64,000 nucleotides of DNA from Octopus vulgaris (taxonomy: Eukaryota): the NCBI GenBank assembly GCA_951406725.2, contig OX597824.1, positions 53,072,001 to 53,136,000 on the forward strand. Reading direction: 5' to 3'. Both the position numbers and the translations under genes were made by a program. A model generated the notes under the pieces. The model saw nothing but the letters and a program-made list of their open reading frames with translations, was not told where the DNA came from and searched no databases. Below, piece after piece: positions 1 through 12,392 of the stretch; the first letter of the stretch is position 1; the number at the start of each line of letters is the position of its first letter.

Positions 1-546
1 TTTGGAAGGAAGATTAAGACCTATCCGAAGTATCGTCTGAAGAATATCAAATATTCTTGCTTTTAGCTGGCCTAAAATATTAGATAACATTGTCAAATTC
101 CACCAACATACTTTTTACTGTTAGGTTTATTTATACACGCCAATAACTTAATATTTATTACAATATGTCATTAATTAATTTAAAATTTACTATATTGTCT
201 TCGACAAGCTAAACAAGTTTATTTACATCATAAAAACAAATTTCATACTTGCTCTAAGGCTATAAGTAGAGATACTGAATTTAGCGATATTCAAGGCTAG
301 CAGATTTGGCTGAGGAAGGTGGAAAAAGCAGAGAACTACTGAATCTTCGGATAAGCATACATAAACGCATTTGAAAACATACTATAATTTCAAACGAGAT
401 GAAATATGGAATACAAAAGAAAATCAAGGATATTAAAATTACTTCGTTTGGAGTTTTTTGTATAAAGATAAAATTACTTTGCTTTCTTATTGCCTGCAAT
501 CCTTGTATGACATGGCAGACCAAAAGTGATGTAGTTGTTTGGGAGG

Positions 547-547
<1 letters not shown>

Positions 548-579
<32 letters not shown>

Positions 580-664
580 AGAAGAAGAAGAAGAAGAAGA
601 AGAAGAAGAAGAAGAAGAAGAAGAAGAAGAAGAAGAAGAAGAAGAAGAAGAAGAAGAAGAAGAA
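548..664 (+). repeat. (AAG)n microsatellite
   Basis: Near-perfect AAG run; source of the poly-K ORF 399-695. Confidence 0.97.
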
Positions 665-994
665 AAATCAGCGTAAAAGAAGCTTTCTCTTGTAGTCAGA
701 AAAACTCATAAAAATAAGAATCAGGAATATTAATGCTGTCGTCATTATCGTTACTGTTGTACTTATTTGCCTTGTATTTGTGAATGTTCTTTTAATAAAG
801 TTGCTTAGAAACTCATCTTAAAAAAAGAATGGCAGTATATTATAATAAAACAATTGAAACAGTTTCCTCGGGTTAGTTACTTTCACAGTGATTTATTTTA
901 TTAATGTCTTGCTGTTATTAAAAATATCTGACTTCAACTTTTTCAATCTTTTATTTCAAAGCGTTTCTACTTTCTTTCCCTCCAGTGCCTTGTC

Positions 995-1079
995 TGTGTA
1001 TATGAATATATATGTGTATATATGTACACACACACACACGCATGCACACACGCATGCACAGACACACACACATACACTC

Positions 1080-1142
<63 letters not shown>

Positions 1143-1364
1143 CACACATCAAAAACTAAATATGCATATACTTATATATATATACACGTTTATATATATA
1201 TATAAATTTATATATGTAAGTATGTGCATATATATATTTACATGCAGATACATACATACATACATACATACACACATACATACATACATACATACACACA
1301 TACATACCTACATACATACATACATACATACATACCTACATACATACATACATACATACATACA

Positions 1365-1395
<31 letters not shown>
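995..1395. repeat. Compound (CA)n/(TA)n/(TACA)n microsatellite
   Basis: Directly visible simple repeats. Confidence 0.95.
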
Positions 1396-1820
1396 GAATG
1401 AATATCTTTAGAAACGTGAAATTAGTTCTACTTGCGACAAGTTTGGTAACGTTGATCAACGATAGTTAAATACACAGCAACAAACTCGCTTATAAACACA
1501 CTTAAAATTACAGCTGCATAGATTCTTCAAAGTAAAATAACTCTCCTAAGATATTTTGAGCAAATAGTAATCTGGTACTGAATACAACAATATCGTAGGA
1601 TGATATCTCTGAAGAATTAGACTTAGGCGGTATTATATATAAATAATAGCATGTAAATATTGGGCTGAAAATCCCCTTCTGGTAGAAAAAGTCGAAATCC
1701 AAGCAGGGTTTTTCAACCCAATATTTATATGCTACTATTTACACTTTTATGTGTGCTTCGAGATACAATATTCCGAAAAACATTTCACTAACTCTAAAGT
1801 TTATAAAAATTCTTATGATG

Positions 1821-2739
1821 GGATCTTTTCCCTTTGAAAGGCAGATCGAGAAATTTATTTTTTGTAATTAAACACTTTCAAACTTCGGACATTGGTAGAA
1901 TGTGTCATGTAAAACATCTTTTACTCTTTGTGTTGTGGAGAAAAGTTTATATTTTCAAAGTTATTTCGTGTTAAAGTTGTTGTGTTTCGGTAATTTCAAC
2001 CAATCAATGACGTGTATTCAGCTAAATAAAATTACTGCCGACGTTTGTCAACAACAACTATCGGCGGTGTATATTTTGTTTGTCACTGTTATGTATGACG
2101 CCGTTCGTGCGTTTGTACTGGTTTTAGCTTTAGGGGTTTAGGGTTAGGTTAAGGTTTTAAGGCTAAGGTTTTAGGGTTAGGGTTACGGTTTTAGGGTTAA
2201 GGTTAGCGTTTTAGAGTTAGGGTTAGGGTTAGGGTTGGGGTTTTAGAGTTAAGGTTGGGATTTTAGGGTTAGAGTTACGGGAAAAGTGAAAAATGAAGAA
2301 ATTTTAAGGGGGAGGGGGGATTCTTTCCGAAAATAGTAGCTGAAAAACAAGAAAAAAACTAAAAGCAGTAGAAATGCACGAACGATTATGGTAGTGCCAT
2401 GAAGTAAACATGCTTCAGATACACTCGTTTATTCATACAAACGTAACTGAGATGAAATATGTCATGAATAACAGTGACTAACGAAATATACACCGCTGAT
2501 AATTGTTGTTGACAAACAACAGTAGTAATTTTATTCAGCTGAATACACCTCATTGATTGGTTGAAATTACCGAAATGCGACAACTTTAAAACGAAATAAC
2601 TTTGAAAATATAAACTTTTCTCAACACCACAAAGAGTAAAATATGTTTTATATGACACATTCTACCAGTGTCCGAAGTTTGAAAGTGTTTAATTACAAAA
2701 AATAAATTTCTCGATCTGCTGTTCAAAAGGAAAAGATCC
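1821..2739. mobile_element. Non-autonomous foldback/MITE-like element with ~280-bp terminal inverted repeats and an internal degenerate (TTAGGG)n tract
   Basis: GGATCTTTTCC at 1821 is mirrored by GGAAAAGATCC ending 2739. Arms 1821-2099 and 2461-2739 are reverse complements (ORFs 1902-2141+ and 2386-2658- translate nearly identically). Telomere-like repeats at ~2129-2280. Confidence 0.88.
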
Positions 2740-2808
2740 TATAATTAGCGTGTGACATTGATAGAGATTTGGCTGTTATTTCCAGCAAATCTTAGAGAGA
2801 GAGAGGGG

Positions 2809-2849
<41 letters not shown>

Positions 2850-3257
2850 GGAGAGAGTGGTGGTGTGTTGACGATCTGAACGACAGCTTATACAAACTTA
2901 CCAATCCCCTACTACTGCATATTCATTTATTAAACCCTCTCCTTTTCCTTGCTTCTATTCGGGGTTTTATCAGCTTTACATGAGTGTGTGTATGTGTGTG
3001 TGTGTGTGATGGACAGCAGAAACGCTGCATAAATAACTGTTGTCAACTTCACAATCCCCCTCCCTCCTTAAAGCTATGAATTCCTAACATTTACCTCCCT
3101 TTCCTTTCCTCAGCGTTCTAAAAGTTGCATGTGTATGTGTGTGTGTATACGTATACATGTGTCTGTGTATTTACGTATATATATATATGTATGCAGCTTT
3201 CCAAAACAGTTGACCCGATGACCCGGATGTTGCTCTTCCATTACTTTCGTAAAAGAG

Positions 3258-3447
3258 CAGTAACATTCTTCAGCTGAATACATGTCATTGACTGGTTAAA
3301 AATTACCCAAATACGACAACTTTAACACGAAATAACTTCTAAATTACAAAATTACGTCAAAAAACGTTAAGACTAAACCGTGTTCTACGTGACACATTCA
3401 ACCAGTATCCGAAGTTTCAAACAGTTTAGTTTGAAAAAAATAATTTA
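3258..3447 (+). mobile_element. Diverged solo arm related to the right TIR of the 1821-2739 element
   Basis: TTCAGCTGAATACA...ACAACTTTAACACGAAATAACTT...TGACACATTC..CCAGT.TCCGAAGTTT matches ~2520-2710 in the same orientation. Confidence 0.75.
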
Positions 3448-3949
3448 AAAGTTTGTAACTGAGATTGAAAATATCCCAATTAGATACAATGAAGTTTTAA
3501 ATGAGTAAGATAAGAAAAAAAAAAGAAAGAAAAATGATTTTTTTACAAGTTCTGTCGTAGTGCATGAAGGAGGATTCTTTGTCGTGGGCTTTGACAGTGC
3601 GAGCTTGGAATGTTTTAAGCTGAAATCGTTTTGTAGATATAGATTTTTAAGTTATAGGTTTAAGTTCTGATTGCTTATTAATTTGATGACATTCCTCATT
3701 TTATTCCGGCTTCAATATGTCTCTTGTTTTTCATATGTTCTGGTCAAATATTTTAATTTTGGCAGTAGTCCAGCGTTCTGCTTAGTTGACTTCCTCATAA
3801 CGTCATTTGGTTATCGACTGTATTGATCGTGTGTTTTTGACCAGTCGAGATCCAGTACTCTGGTTGACTGGTTTTCTTATTTCTTTATTTGGTTGACTGG
3901 TTTTCTGCATATGTCATTTGGCAGTTACAAGTCTTGGTAACCTGTTTTT

Positions 3950-5560
3950 GTCTGACGGTCATCCAGTTTTCCGGTTGGCTGATTCACTTAAGAAGTCACT
4001 TGTCTTGGTAAGCTGAATGTTTGTTTTTGATGGGTAATTTGATGCTAGTAAGTAACCGTTTTAGAGACTTGGGTTTCTTTTACATTTAGCAATGTTGTTT
4101 TTCCAGTGCTTTTTCATTCACAGGTCGTTCATTAATACGGATATCCATCCATGTTCCATGGATTGTGTTTGATACATAAGGTAATGTGTTAAGTGTATCA
4201 GGGTGTTTTCTTGTTTCTCGTAATTTTTGGATGCCTATTGATTTTGTACGTGTCATTCCCTTATTGATTAAACTGATAGGGTATTTTCTTTCAAGTAATA
4301 TATTTTTATTAAGTAATATATTTTCAACTAATATATTTTTTCTACGAGCTGACAGAATCGTTACATGCATGGTAAAATGCTAAGCGGCATTTCGTGTGTC
4401 TTTATGTTCTGAGTTCAAATTCCGCCGAGTTCGACTTTGCCTTTCATCTTTTCGCAGTGGATAAAATAAATACCGTTTGAACGTTGGGGGTCGATGTAAT
4501 CAAACTACCCCTTCCCCAACATTGTGACCTTGTGCCAAATTTTAAAATCAATACATTCTTAAGTTCTTGGAGTCGTTTTTTTCCGGTTTTCGGGATTTGT
4601 TACGATTGTGCAAATTCTACTTGCTAGGTTAAAAGGTATTATAGATTTTTATATGCTATGGATGGAAGGAAAAAAATAGTAGATATTGTTTTGAATTTGT
4701 TGGTTTAAAGTAGATGTTGGCTTCAATGATAATATCTGTTCTTGTAATTATGATGTTAAAAAATGGTTGCTCTTTTAGCTTTATTCCTTCGTAAATTGGA
4801 TACAGTGCTTTATGTTATTAAGTTTTTAAACTCCAAGAGTTGATCCAGATTATGCAACCACAAAATGAAAGAATCATCCTAGTAGTGTATTCAGTTGGCA
4901 AGTAAGTACTTATAGAAGTTATCACCGAATTTCAGTTTGGTGTATTCGTATATTTGGTCTTCTAAGTATACTAGGACAAGGTTAGCAAAGCTACCTTCAT
5001 CCCCACCGCAATCATAGATACTTGTCTGTAGGTGTTGTCTTTGAAATTAAAAAAGTTATTTTGTAGGGCGAGCTTTAATGCTTCAATGATAAATCCTTTC
5101 CTAATTCGTCCAGATATGCCATTTAGAAATTGTACCAGCCAGAATTTATTACATAGAATAACACAAAAAGAGTATCCATGCTGGTTTTGCTTATATGAAG
5201 CTCGGTATATGTTTAAGAATTGGTTTTAGAAGTACGCCAATAAAGTTACTGAGTCCGTTTCACAGGACGAGCATGCCACAATTGGTTTCAATTAGAGGTC
5301 TATGGGATGTGGCACATGAGGTTGATCTGCTACAAGCTTCATTTATGGCTTCACTTTTCTGGATTTTCTTAAGTTCGTAAAAGTTAGTGGTTTTGCAGTC
5401 AAATCTTGTTAAGTATTTTTCTTCTCCGCCAAATCTTTTTGGAACTGTTGGTAATCGTTAAGGTACAAAGCAATTACATTATAAGGCACAAAAAGAAAAT
5501 GACTCTCCCCAGACACAACAGGTAATTGTTGATCTTTTTTTTATAAGTGCTGTCACGAAG
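3950..5560 (-). mobile_element. Degenerate Penelope-like retroelement RT, interrupted by a SINE
   Basis: Minus-strand motifs LKPIVACSSCET..LSNFIGVLLKPILKHIPSFI (~5200-5300), IAVG/FANLVL.YLE (~4960-5010), KPTNSKQYLL (~4680-4710), LLERKYPISLINKG (ORF 4086-4370) and KSLKRLLTS. Many frameshifts and stops. Confidence 0.8.
4368..4552 (+). mobile_element. tRNA-derived SINE, family A (GTTCAAATTCCGCCGAGGTCGACTTTGCCTTTCATC type)
   Basis: B-box GAGTTCAAATTCC followed by the conserved body also present at 10270-10650, 14180-14385 and 7710-7830(-). Confidence 0.85.
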
Positions 5561-6049
5561 AAGAGTTAGTGTAGTGTTTATTCCGAGTCCTCAATGACTA
5601 TAGTACTACATTTATCAGTTTCTTTAATAGCTATATTTTGATCATCTTCGAGATCATTAATGATTTTCTATTCTTCTCAGCTTGTATTCGGTTTAAATTT
5701 CGAAGGTGGAAGAGAAAATGACTACATTAATTTACAGTAACCTTCCCATGTAAAGAAAGTTTTACTCCAAATATGGACCAAAATTGCAAAAGTTAGAAAT
5801 TCGCTTTCTGAAACATGATCAAGAATAACAACACAGCAGAGATTTATGAAAGTCGTTCTTGGGGGATTCGATTTCAGCAGCTGAAAAAAGAATTTGATCA
5901 CATAATGAGCTTGGTGATGGAGATTTTAATTCTATACTATCTAAAATAACATTCTTTGTTTCTTTAAAACATATACACACTCGGTACATTACATGATAGT
6001 ATGAAAACGCGAACGGAATTTTTAAATCAATCTGTATTTTTGTATCTCT

Positions 6050-6059
6050 CTAACGCTCA

Positions 6060-6092
<33 letters not shown>

Positions 6093-6670
6093 ACTCCCTC
6101 TCTCTCTCTCTCTCTCTCGCACGTGCTTCCATTACTCTTTCCCTTGCTACCTTTCCTTTCTCCACCTCTCTCTCCCCTCTCCCCTCAACATTTTCTTTCC
6201 TCTTCCTTTCTCTCTCCATCTCTCTCTTCTCCTCTCACCCTCCTACGACTATTTCTCCTTCTTTACTCCCTCTCTCCCCTTCCCTTCGCTGAATCGCATT
6301 TTATCTCCTGAAGTTCCCTTTTCACTGTTTTTCTGTTTTTACATTTCTGTTTTGCTTTCAGTCATTCTTCAGCAGTTTTCTATTTATGTTTCATCCATTC
6401 CTATGACATTCTAATTCTTTATCCTTATAAATTCTTATCTTTCTCTCCCCCCTCTCTCTCTCTCTCTCTGTTTTACCTATGTAGAAACCAACTCTCACGT
6501 ACGCACACACGTGCATACACATACACACATGTACACATACACGTACACACACACACAATAATACATGCACACATACACATATACAAAGATACACTCACAT
6601 GTACACACACACACACACGCACATGTGCACATGCATGCGCACACACATACACGCACACACATGCACAGAC
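6050..6670. repeat. CT-rich and CA-rich low-complexity tract
   Basis: (CT)n polypyrimidine and (CA)n runs. Confidence 0.9.
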
Positions 6671-7572
6671 TTCGCACTAATTGTTTCCATATTTCTTAAC
6701 TGCTAATTCCCAAATTTAATTTCATTTGATTTCACTTCACAGGGGAATACTACAAATTAGAAGAAAAATGGTAAGGAAGAATAAGACAAATGAGGATAAA
6801 AGAAAAGGCTGTGTGGTAAGAAACTTCGTTCCTAACCGCATGGTTTCGAGTTCATTCGCACTGCGTCTCACCTCTTACGATATGTACGGTTATTTTCTTC
6901 TTTTTCTCGTTTTTTTTGTTAAGAGACTGAAAATTGATAGCCATCCATTGTCACACAGTTCAACCAGAACACTTTTTCTTCCCCAGATAATTCAGGTAAC
7001 TGCAGCAAATCAAGGAAAGCTAGAAGCGCTTTCCTTCTTTTCAATTCGAACTCTCCATTCATCTCTTTGATTGGTAAAAGGGATATGTATGTGTTATCGA
7101 AGCTGCTGTTGTTATCGTCATCTATGTCGTATTTCCCCCAAACGATGTTAGCTTCTATCAAAAAAGTATTATTTGCTTATTGTTATATTTCGGGACGGTC
7201 ATTTTTTTCTTCTTTCTATATAAGCACACGCCCTATATATTCGTTCGTCAATTGTTTATCTTTGTTCTTATTTTATCTTATTATAAAATAAGAACAATAA
7301 TAAACGAGTCCCGAAATACAATATCTTCTTCAAAACAGGATTTCATATCAGGTATCTTGCAAAATAAATTCATAAACGTACTATTTGTTTCTCTTTCTGA
7401 AATATATTCCACAGGTATTTAAAATATTTTCTTTCTGTCTTTAATATACGTTTGTTTTGACTCCAAATTTGAGGTGGGGTTTTTTTTTTAATACTGTGGC
7501 CACTTTTACTACGAGAGATATGAACTAAACATTTTCTACGCAAGCTTTTTTTTTTCTTTCTTTTTTTTGCTA

Positions 7573-7573
7573 C

Positions 7574-7604
<31 letters not shown>

Positions 7605-7670
7605 GGTTGTGGTGGTGGTGGTGGTGGTGGTGGTGGTGATTATGGTGGTGGTGGTGGTGATGATGATGAT
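7573..7670 (+). repeat. Compound (GGC)n(GGT)n(GAT)n trinucleotide repeat
   Basis: Directly visible. Confidence 0.92.
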
Positions 7671-7709
7671 AACAGGCACAAACACAATGTTTGATATTTG
7701 TCGAGAAAG

Positions 7710-7830
7710 TGTTAGCGATTAAGTCGACCCCGGTACTTGACTGTTATATTTATCGAACCCGGGGGAATAAAGACAAAGTTGGCCTGGATAGAATTTGAAC
7801 TGAGAACATAAAGACCTGAAAGAACGCTGC
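7710..7830 (-). mobile_element. SINE family A, diverged
   Basis: Reverse complement resembles the body of the 10300-10410 copy (GTCGACCCC.GTAC, TTTATCGA.CCC, AATTTGAACT.AGAAC). Confidence 0.7.
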
Positions 7831-8694
7831 AAGGAACTCTTTCCGATGCTTCTTGCCAATTTAGTACATCTTTAATTGTTTCTAACATCAGCCCAAGGCA
7901 TGGCATTTTGGTGGGAGTTGTCTTTAGTCATAATAACGGCAAAATTGGTGTCGGCACTCTGTGTTAGATGTGAATGATACTTTGAGGTGAAAGGTTAAGG
8001 TAAAAAGATACGGTTAGTAAGATCTGTGTAAGAATAAACATTGTTGGAGGCAACAATAAACAGGTCGCTGTTGTATAAGAAAACGAGTGGTAGAGAGCAA
8101 AATCGAATCTTGGGGCACATCGAATGCCGGTCTCAGTTAAAGTGGGGGTCAAGTGATGTAGAATATATGGGACCCGTGCACACCAAATTGCTCCACCAAA
8201 TTACCCACTACTGAGTAATATAGGAGAGTAGGTACGTGGCTTGACTGAAGCCACACTAAAGGTCAATGAAGAAAGAGAAGACAGAGCGCGTAAGAGAGAG
8301 AGAGAGAGAGATTCAAAGTATTGAAGAAAGCTGTTAATAGAAATCTTTGAAATGGAAACGATAAGAAGAAACTTGGAAGGTCAATAGAGTTACTAATGGG
8401 ACACTCTATAGAGTGTTTCCAAAGATAGGAATACATCCCTGTAGAGTCTGAATGATTGAAAAGTTTGAGGAGGAAAGATCCACTGTGTATTGATTGAGAG
8501 TAAGGAAATAAGCATTGTCAGGTGTGTGATGGGCTTGTTTAAAGCGAACAAAGGTGCGTTTGTATTTGGCCTATATTTGTATGGGCTAATGAGCCGAGCG
8601 AAACGGAAAGGAGTTTTCCAGGAGGAGATTTATCTGGTGTGTGCAGAGTAAATTTAATGACAGGAAGAGAGGGAGAGCGACAATGAGAGAGAGA

Positions 8695-8900
8695 TGGATA
8701 AATAGATAGAAAGATAGATAGATAGATAGATAGATACATACATACATACATACATACATACATACATACATACATACATACATACATACATACATGCATA
8801 CATAGTAGGTAGATAGGGAGATAGTAGACAGGCAGAGAGATAGACAGATAGGCAGACAGTCAGGCAGATAGACAGACAGACAGGCTGATAGACAGACTGG
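8695..8900 (+). repeat. (GATA)n/(TACA)n/(GACA)n compound tetranucleotide repeat
   Basis: Directly visible. Confidence 0.93.
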
Positions 8901-9881
8901 GAGACAAAGTGAACATAGAAAGAGAGAGGCAAAGGGAGAGAATCGTAGCTAGTCGTGTCAATATATGACTGTTCGTAAACTTATATTTAACATATAGTAT
9001 CCATTAGTCACTGACCATAACACTGAACTTATGATCTCTCCTAGCTGTGAATGGTTGATAAAGTGATATCTTTATGCAACTGGAAGAAGTGTGGGAGTTG
9101 AAAAGGAAAAAAAATCTGTCAAGTAATTTGTTATCTTACATTTGGGATTTCAAAAACTCCATTACTTCACGAGTAGTGGACCAGAACCAATTCCATTTTA
9201 TCAAGAGATTCTAAAATCGACAAGATTGCTAGAAATTCAATAACCCAGTGACGTTTTCTGTGGTGTAATGAGGACGAAATCAAGCAATGCATGTAACTAT
9301 ATGTGTTCTTGCACGGCACGGCTATATAATGTTGCAATGCGGCAAAATTTACAGTCTTTCTCTTTCTTTCCTACTTTTTCTTTTTCTCATTTTCTCTTTT
9401 ACTATTTTTCTCTTACTCGCTTTCTCATAAGTATATAATCAGAAGATTGTTACAGTGATTACTTGGCCATTTGTTTAAGCTGATTGACGATTCCATCATT
9501 TCTCCAGATATGTAATTTGAAATGCTCCAGAGGAATCCATGGTAATTCTTTTTACACACAAAACTGAATCTTTAAATAACTACTAGAACTCAAACATTCT
9601 TTTTCTTTTAATTCTAAACTTCTTGGCATTGTCTTCACGGTCTGTAAATTTTATCAGTTTATTGCCAGATACAAAGCATTTACTTGTTAGTATATATAAT
9701 GCATAGAAATAAAAGAACATTCATCTTTATCGTCGGCAAGAGCTATAAGTCAATGGCTTCGGCTGTCTTGGAAAGAGGCAGCCACTAACCATTGGATCAA
9801 CCATATTCTTTTAATCAGAAAATTTCGTACTTCGTTTACCGAACTGGTCTGCGTAGAATTACATATCCTATCTTGGAACAA

Positions 9882-10185
9882 CGTGGAGGCACATGGCCTA
9901 GAGGTTAGAGCAGCGGACTCGCGGTCGAGGGATCGCGGGTTCGAATCTCAGACCTGGCGATGTGTGTGTTTATGAGCTAAACACCTAAACTCCACGCGGC
10001 TCCGGCAGAAGGTAATGGCGAACTTCTACTGACTCTTTCGCCACAACTTTCTCTCACTCATTCCTCCTGCATCTTGTAGCTCACCTGCGACGGACCGATG
10101 TCCCGTCCAGGTGGAGAACCTATACGCCAAGGAAACCGGTCCTATGAGCCAGACGTGGCTCGAGAAGGAACAAACAACAACAACA
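9882..10185 (+). mobile_element. Full-length tRNA(Arg)-like SINE, family C, with (AAC)n tail and target-site duplication
   Basis: A-box TGGCCTAGAGG, TCG at the anticodon position, B-box GGTTCGAATC, central CCTGCGACGGAC...CCCGTCCAGG motif (resembles V/Meta-type SINE cores, from recall), AAC tail. TSD ATCTTGGAACAA (9870-9881) / ATCTTGAAACAA (10186-10197). Confidence 0.88.
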
Positions 10186-10269
10186 ATCTTGAAACAAAAC
10201 AATAGACTGACATTGGGTTCCCTACTTCAATAACACTTTCCCATTAACCGTTACCCAATAATTACACGC

Positions 10270-10650
10270 TGGGCGAAATGCTTAGCGGTATTTCGTCTGT
10301 TTTTACGTTCTGAGTTCAAATTCCGCCGAGGTCGACTTTGCCTTTCATCCTTTCGGGGTCTATAAATTAAGTACCAGTTGTGTACTGGGGTCAATCTAAT
10401 CGACTGGCCCTCTTCCCCAAAATTTCGGCCCTTGTGTCTAGAGTAGAACAGAATATTCATCTGACTAAGGCAGTGAGCTGGCAGAGTAAGAAAAAAAATG
10501 CTTAGAAGCATTTCTTGATTTTACGTTCTAAGTTCAAATGCCGCCGAGGTAGAATTTGTCTTTTATCCTTTTGGTGTCAATAAAATAAGTACCAGCTGAG
10601 CACCTCCATGAAATTGCTGGCCTTGTACCAAAATTTGAAACCAATATTCA
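10270..10650 (+). mobile_element. Two head-to-tail SINE family A copies
   Basis: Copies at ~10270-10455 and ~10469-10645. The second is flanked by AATATTCATCT[G/A]ACT direct repeats (10452 and 10643). Confidence 0.85.
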
Positions 10651-10817
10651 TCTAACTCATTAATTCAATACATGTAGCCAGTTTGAATACGTAGTACCTA
10701 CGTACGTACATACATACATACATACATACATACATACATACATACATACATACATACATACATACATGCATGCATACATACATGCATACATGCATGCATG
10801 CATACATACATACATAC

Positions 10818-12359
10818 GATTGTCTCCAATGTTAACAAAGCGAAAAAAACAGCTGGAATATATAACATTTTGGCCTAAAGAAACATGCATATTTGATTGT
10901 AGAAACGATGAAAAGCAGTCCCCCCAGACCCAAAACTTGTGCATCAAGGGTATCACTATCTCTCCTACCACACACAAAGAATGCTGTACCTAGGCATTGA
11001 TGAAAATATATCATACGAAGGTACTATGAATAAAGACAGAGTGACCCAAACACATCACACTAGATTTAGAAAACTGTGGTACTTGGAACTCTCCTTTTAC
11101 AACAAGACAATATCCCACAATGCATTTGCAGTACCAGTGCTGATTCTAACAGTTGGAATACTTGATTGCTCTTCAAAGGATTCCACTCCAGAGACGTTGA
11201 GACCCACAAGATAAACTTTAAATCGCCACAGATATGGGGATATTGTCAGGTTCTACCTAAAAAGAGACAAAGTAGTTAGAGGCTTGAAGTTAGTGCAGGC
11301 AGCCTTCGAATCTCGTATAGACTCTTTCAGATAGCACTTCCTAAACAACAGCTGCAAATATAAATAGATTAGTGCTGAAAAATGAAGAGAACAATATCCT
11401 ACATATCGGCAACGAACTTCTCGGGAACCGCTCTCTTCCTGATGGATTCCCATACAACCTCCAAACAGCCGGACTAACATTCTTCAAAGAAGACCTGATT
11501 AATTGTGAAACGCTCAGTATCCCCAAAAAATACTATGCATGGGTGTTTCTGAAAGACTTGAAGGAGACAGTAATATCGACATGAAGCGTAGCCTCTCTTG
11601 ATCTCTTAACCACTACCTCACATCACACTTCGTAAGTTACGCATTTGCAATCCAAGGACGGGAGATTGCTACTAAATATCCAATCAACAAAAGAGACAGT
11701 GAAGGCCTTGGAGCTCCAGGATACAACCAAAAATGTAGATTATGCCATATGTCTGTGGAAGACATCACACATTTGGTTAGCAGCTGCCGAAAAATGTTAC
11801 CAATGTCCCACTTCATATGCAACATGACGTTGTTGCACAAAAATATACAATGCCTTTCGAAATAAAGACCATCTTGGAATAAATATAGAGAATCCTCCCG
11901 TTATTGAATACATACACAAGCATTGACACAAGGAATGCTGGTAGAACATTCCCATTAAAACATGTCAAGCGTAAATTTAACAGGCGGGGTTTGTGATAGA
12001 CAAGAAAAAATATGTACCATAATAAATGTCAACTGTCATGGTGATGTGAATATCTCTTTGAGAATCAAAATGGTTAACTATGGACATCTGCTTCGAAACC
12101 TTCAGCTTCTATATCCAGATTGTTAATTCACATATATATTAATAATAATTGATGCACTTGATTTCCAGAATCAAAGTGAATTCCAGAAAAAGAAATCATC
12201 CAGCTAACTCGCACATTACAAATACACTCTGTAGTGAAACACACTTTTCTCAAGCTTAACATGTGACATTGTTTCTATCTACATTCCAACGATTGAACTT
12301 TGTATTACTGTTAGAAACGAGCTTATTCCACAGATGAAGGATTTAAATAATTAAAAACA
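10818..12359 (+). mobile_element. 5'-truncated, degenerate R4/Dong-clade LINE (RT C-terminus, Zn knuckle, restriction-like endonuclease)
   Basis: YLGIDENISYEGTMNKDRV...NKTISHNAFAVPVLILTVGILD, YAFAIQ.REIATKY, C.LC...EDITHLVSSC and downstream endonuclease-like segments; AT-rich tail ending TAATTAAAAACA. Homologous to 37118-38630(-). Confidence 0.82.
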
Positions 12360-12360
12360 G

Positions 12361-12392
<32 letters not shown>

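Noticed and set aside
399-695. Poly-lysine ORF and the many YI/HT/CV/MYVC-repeat ORFs throughout the track
   Set aside because: They are translations of microsatellites.
2129-2280. True telomere or chromosome fusion site
   Set aside because: The tract is short, degenerate, in one orientation only and enclosed within inverted arms of a repeat element.
7960-8660. Possible decayed retroelement fragment
   Set aside because: Composition is suggestive but I found no diagnostic protein motif.
9884-9956. Functional tRNA-Arg gene
   Set aside because: It continues into a SINE body with an AAC tail and TSD; the acceptor stem is not intact.
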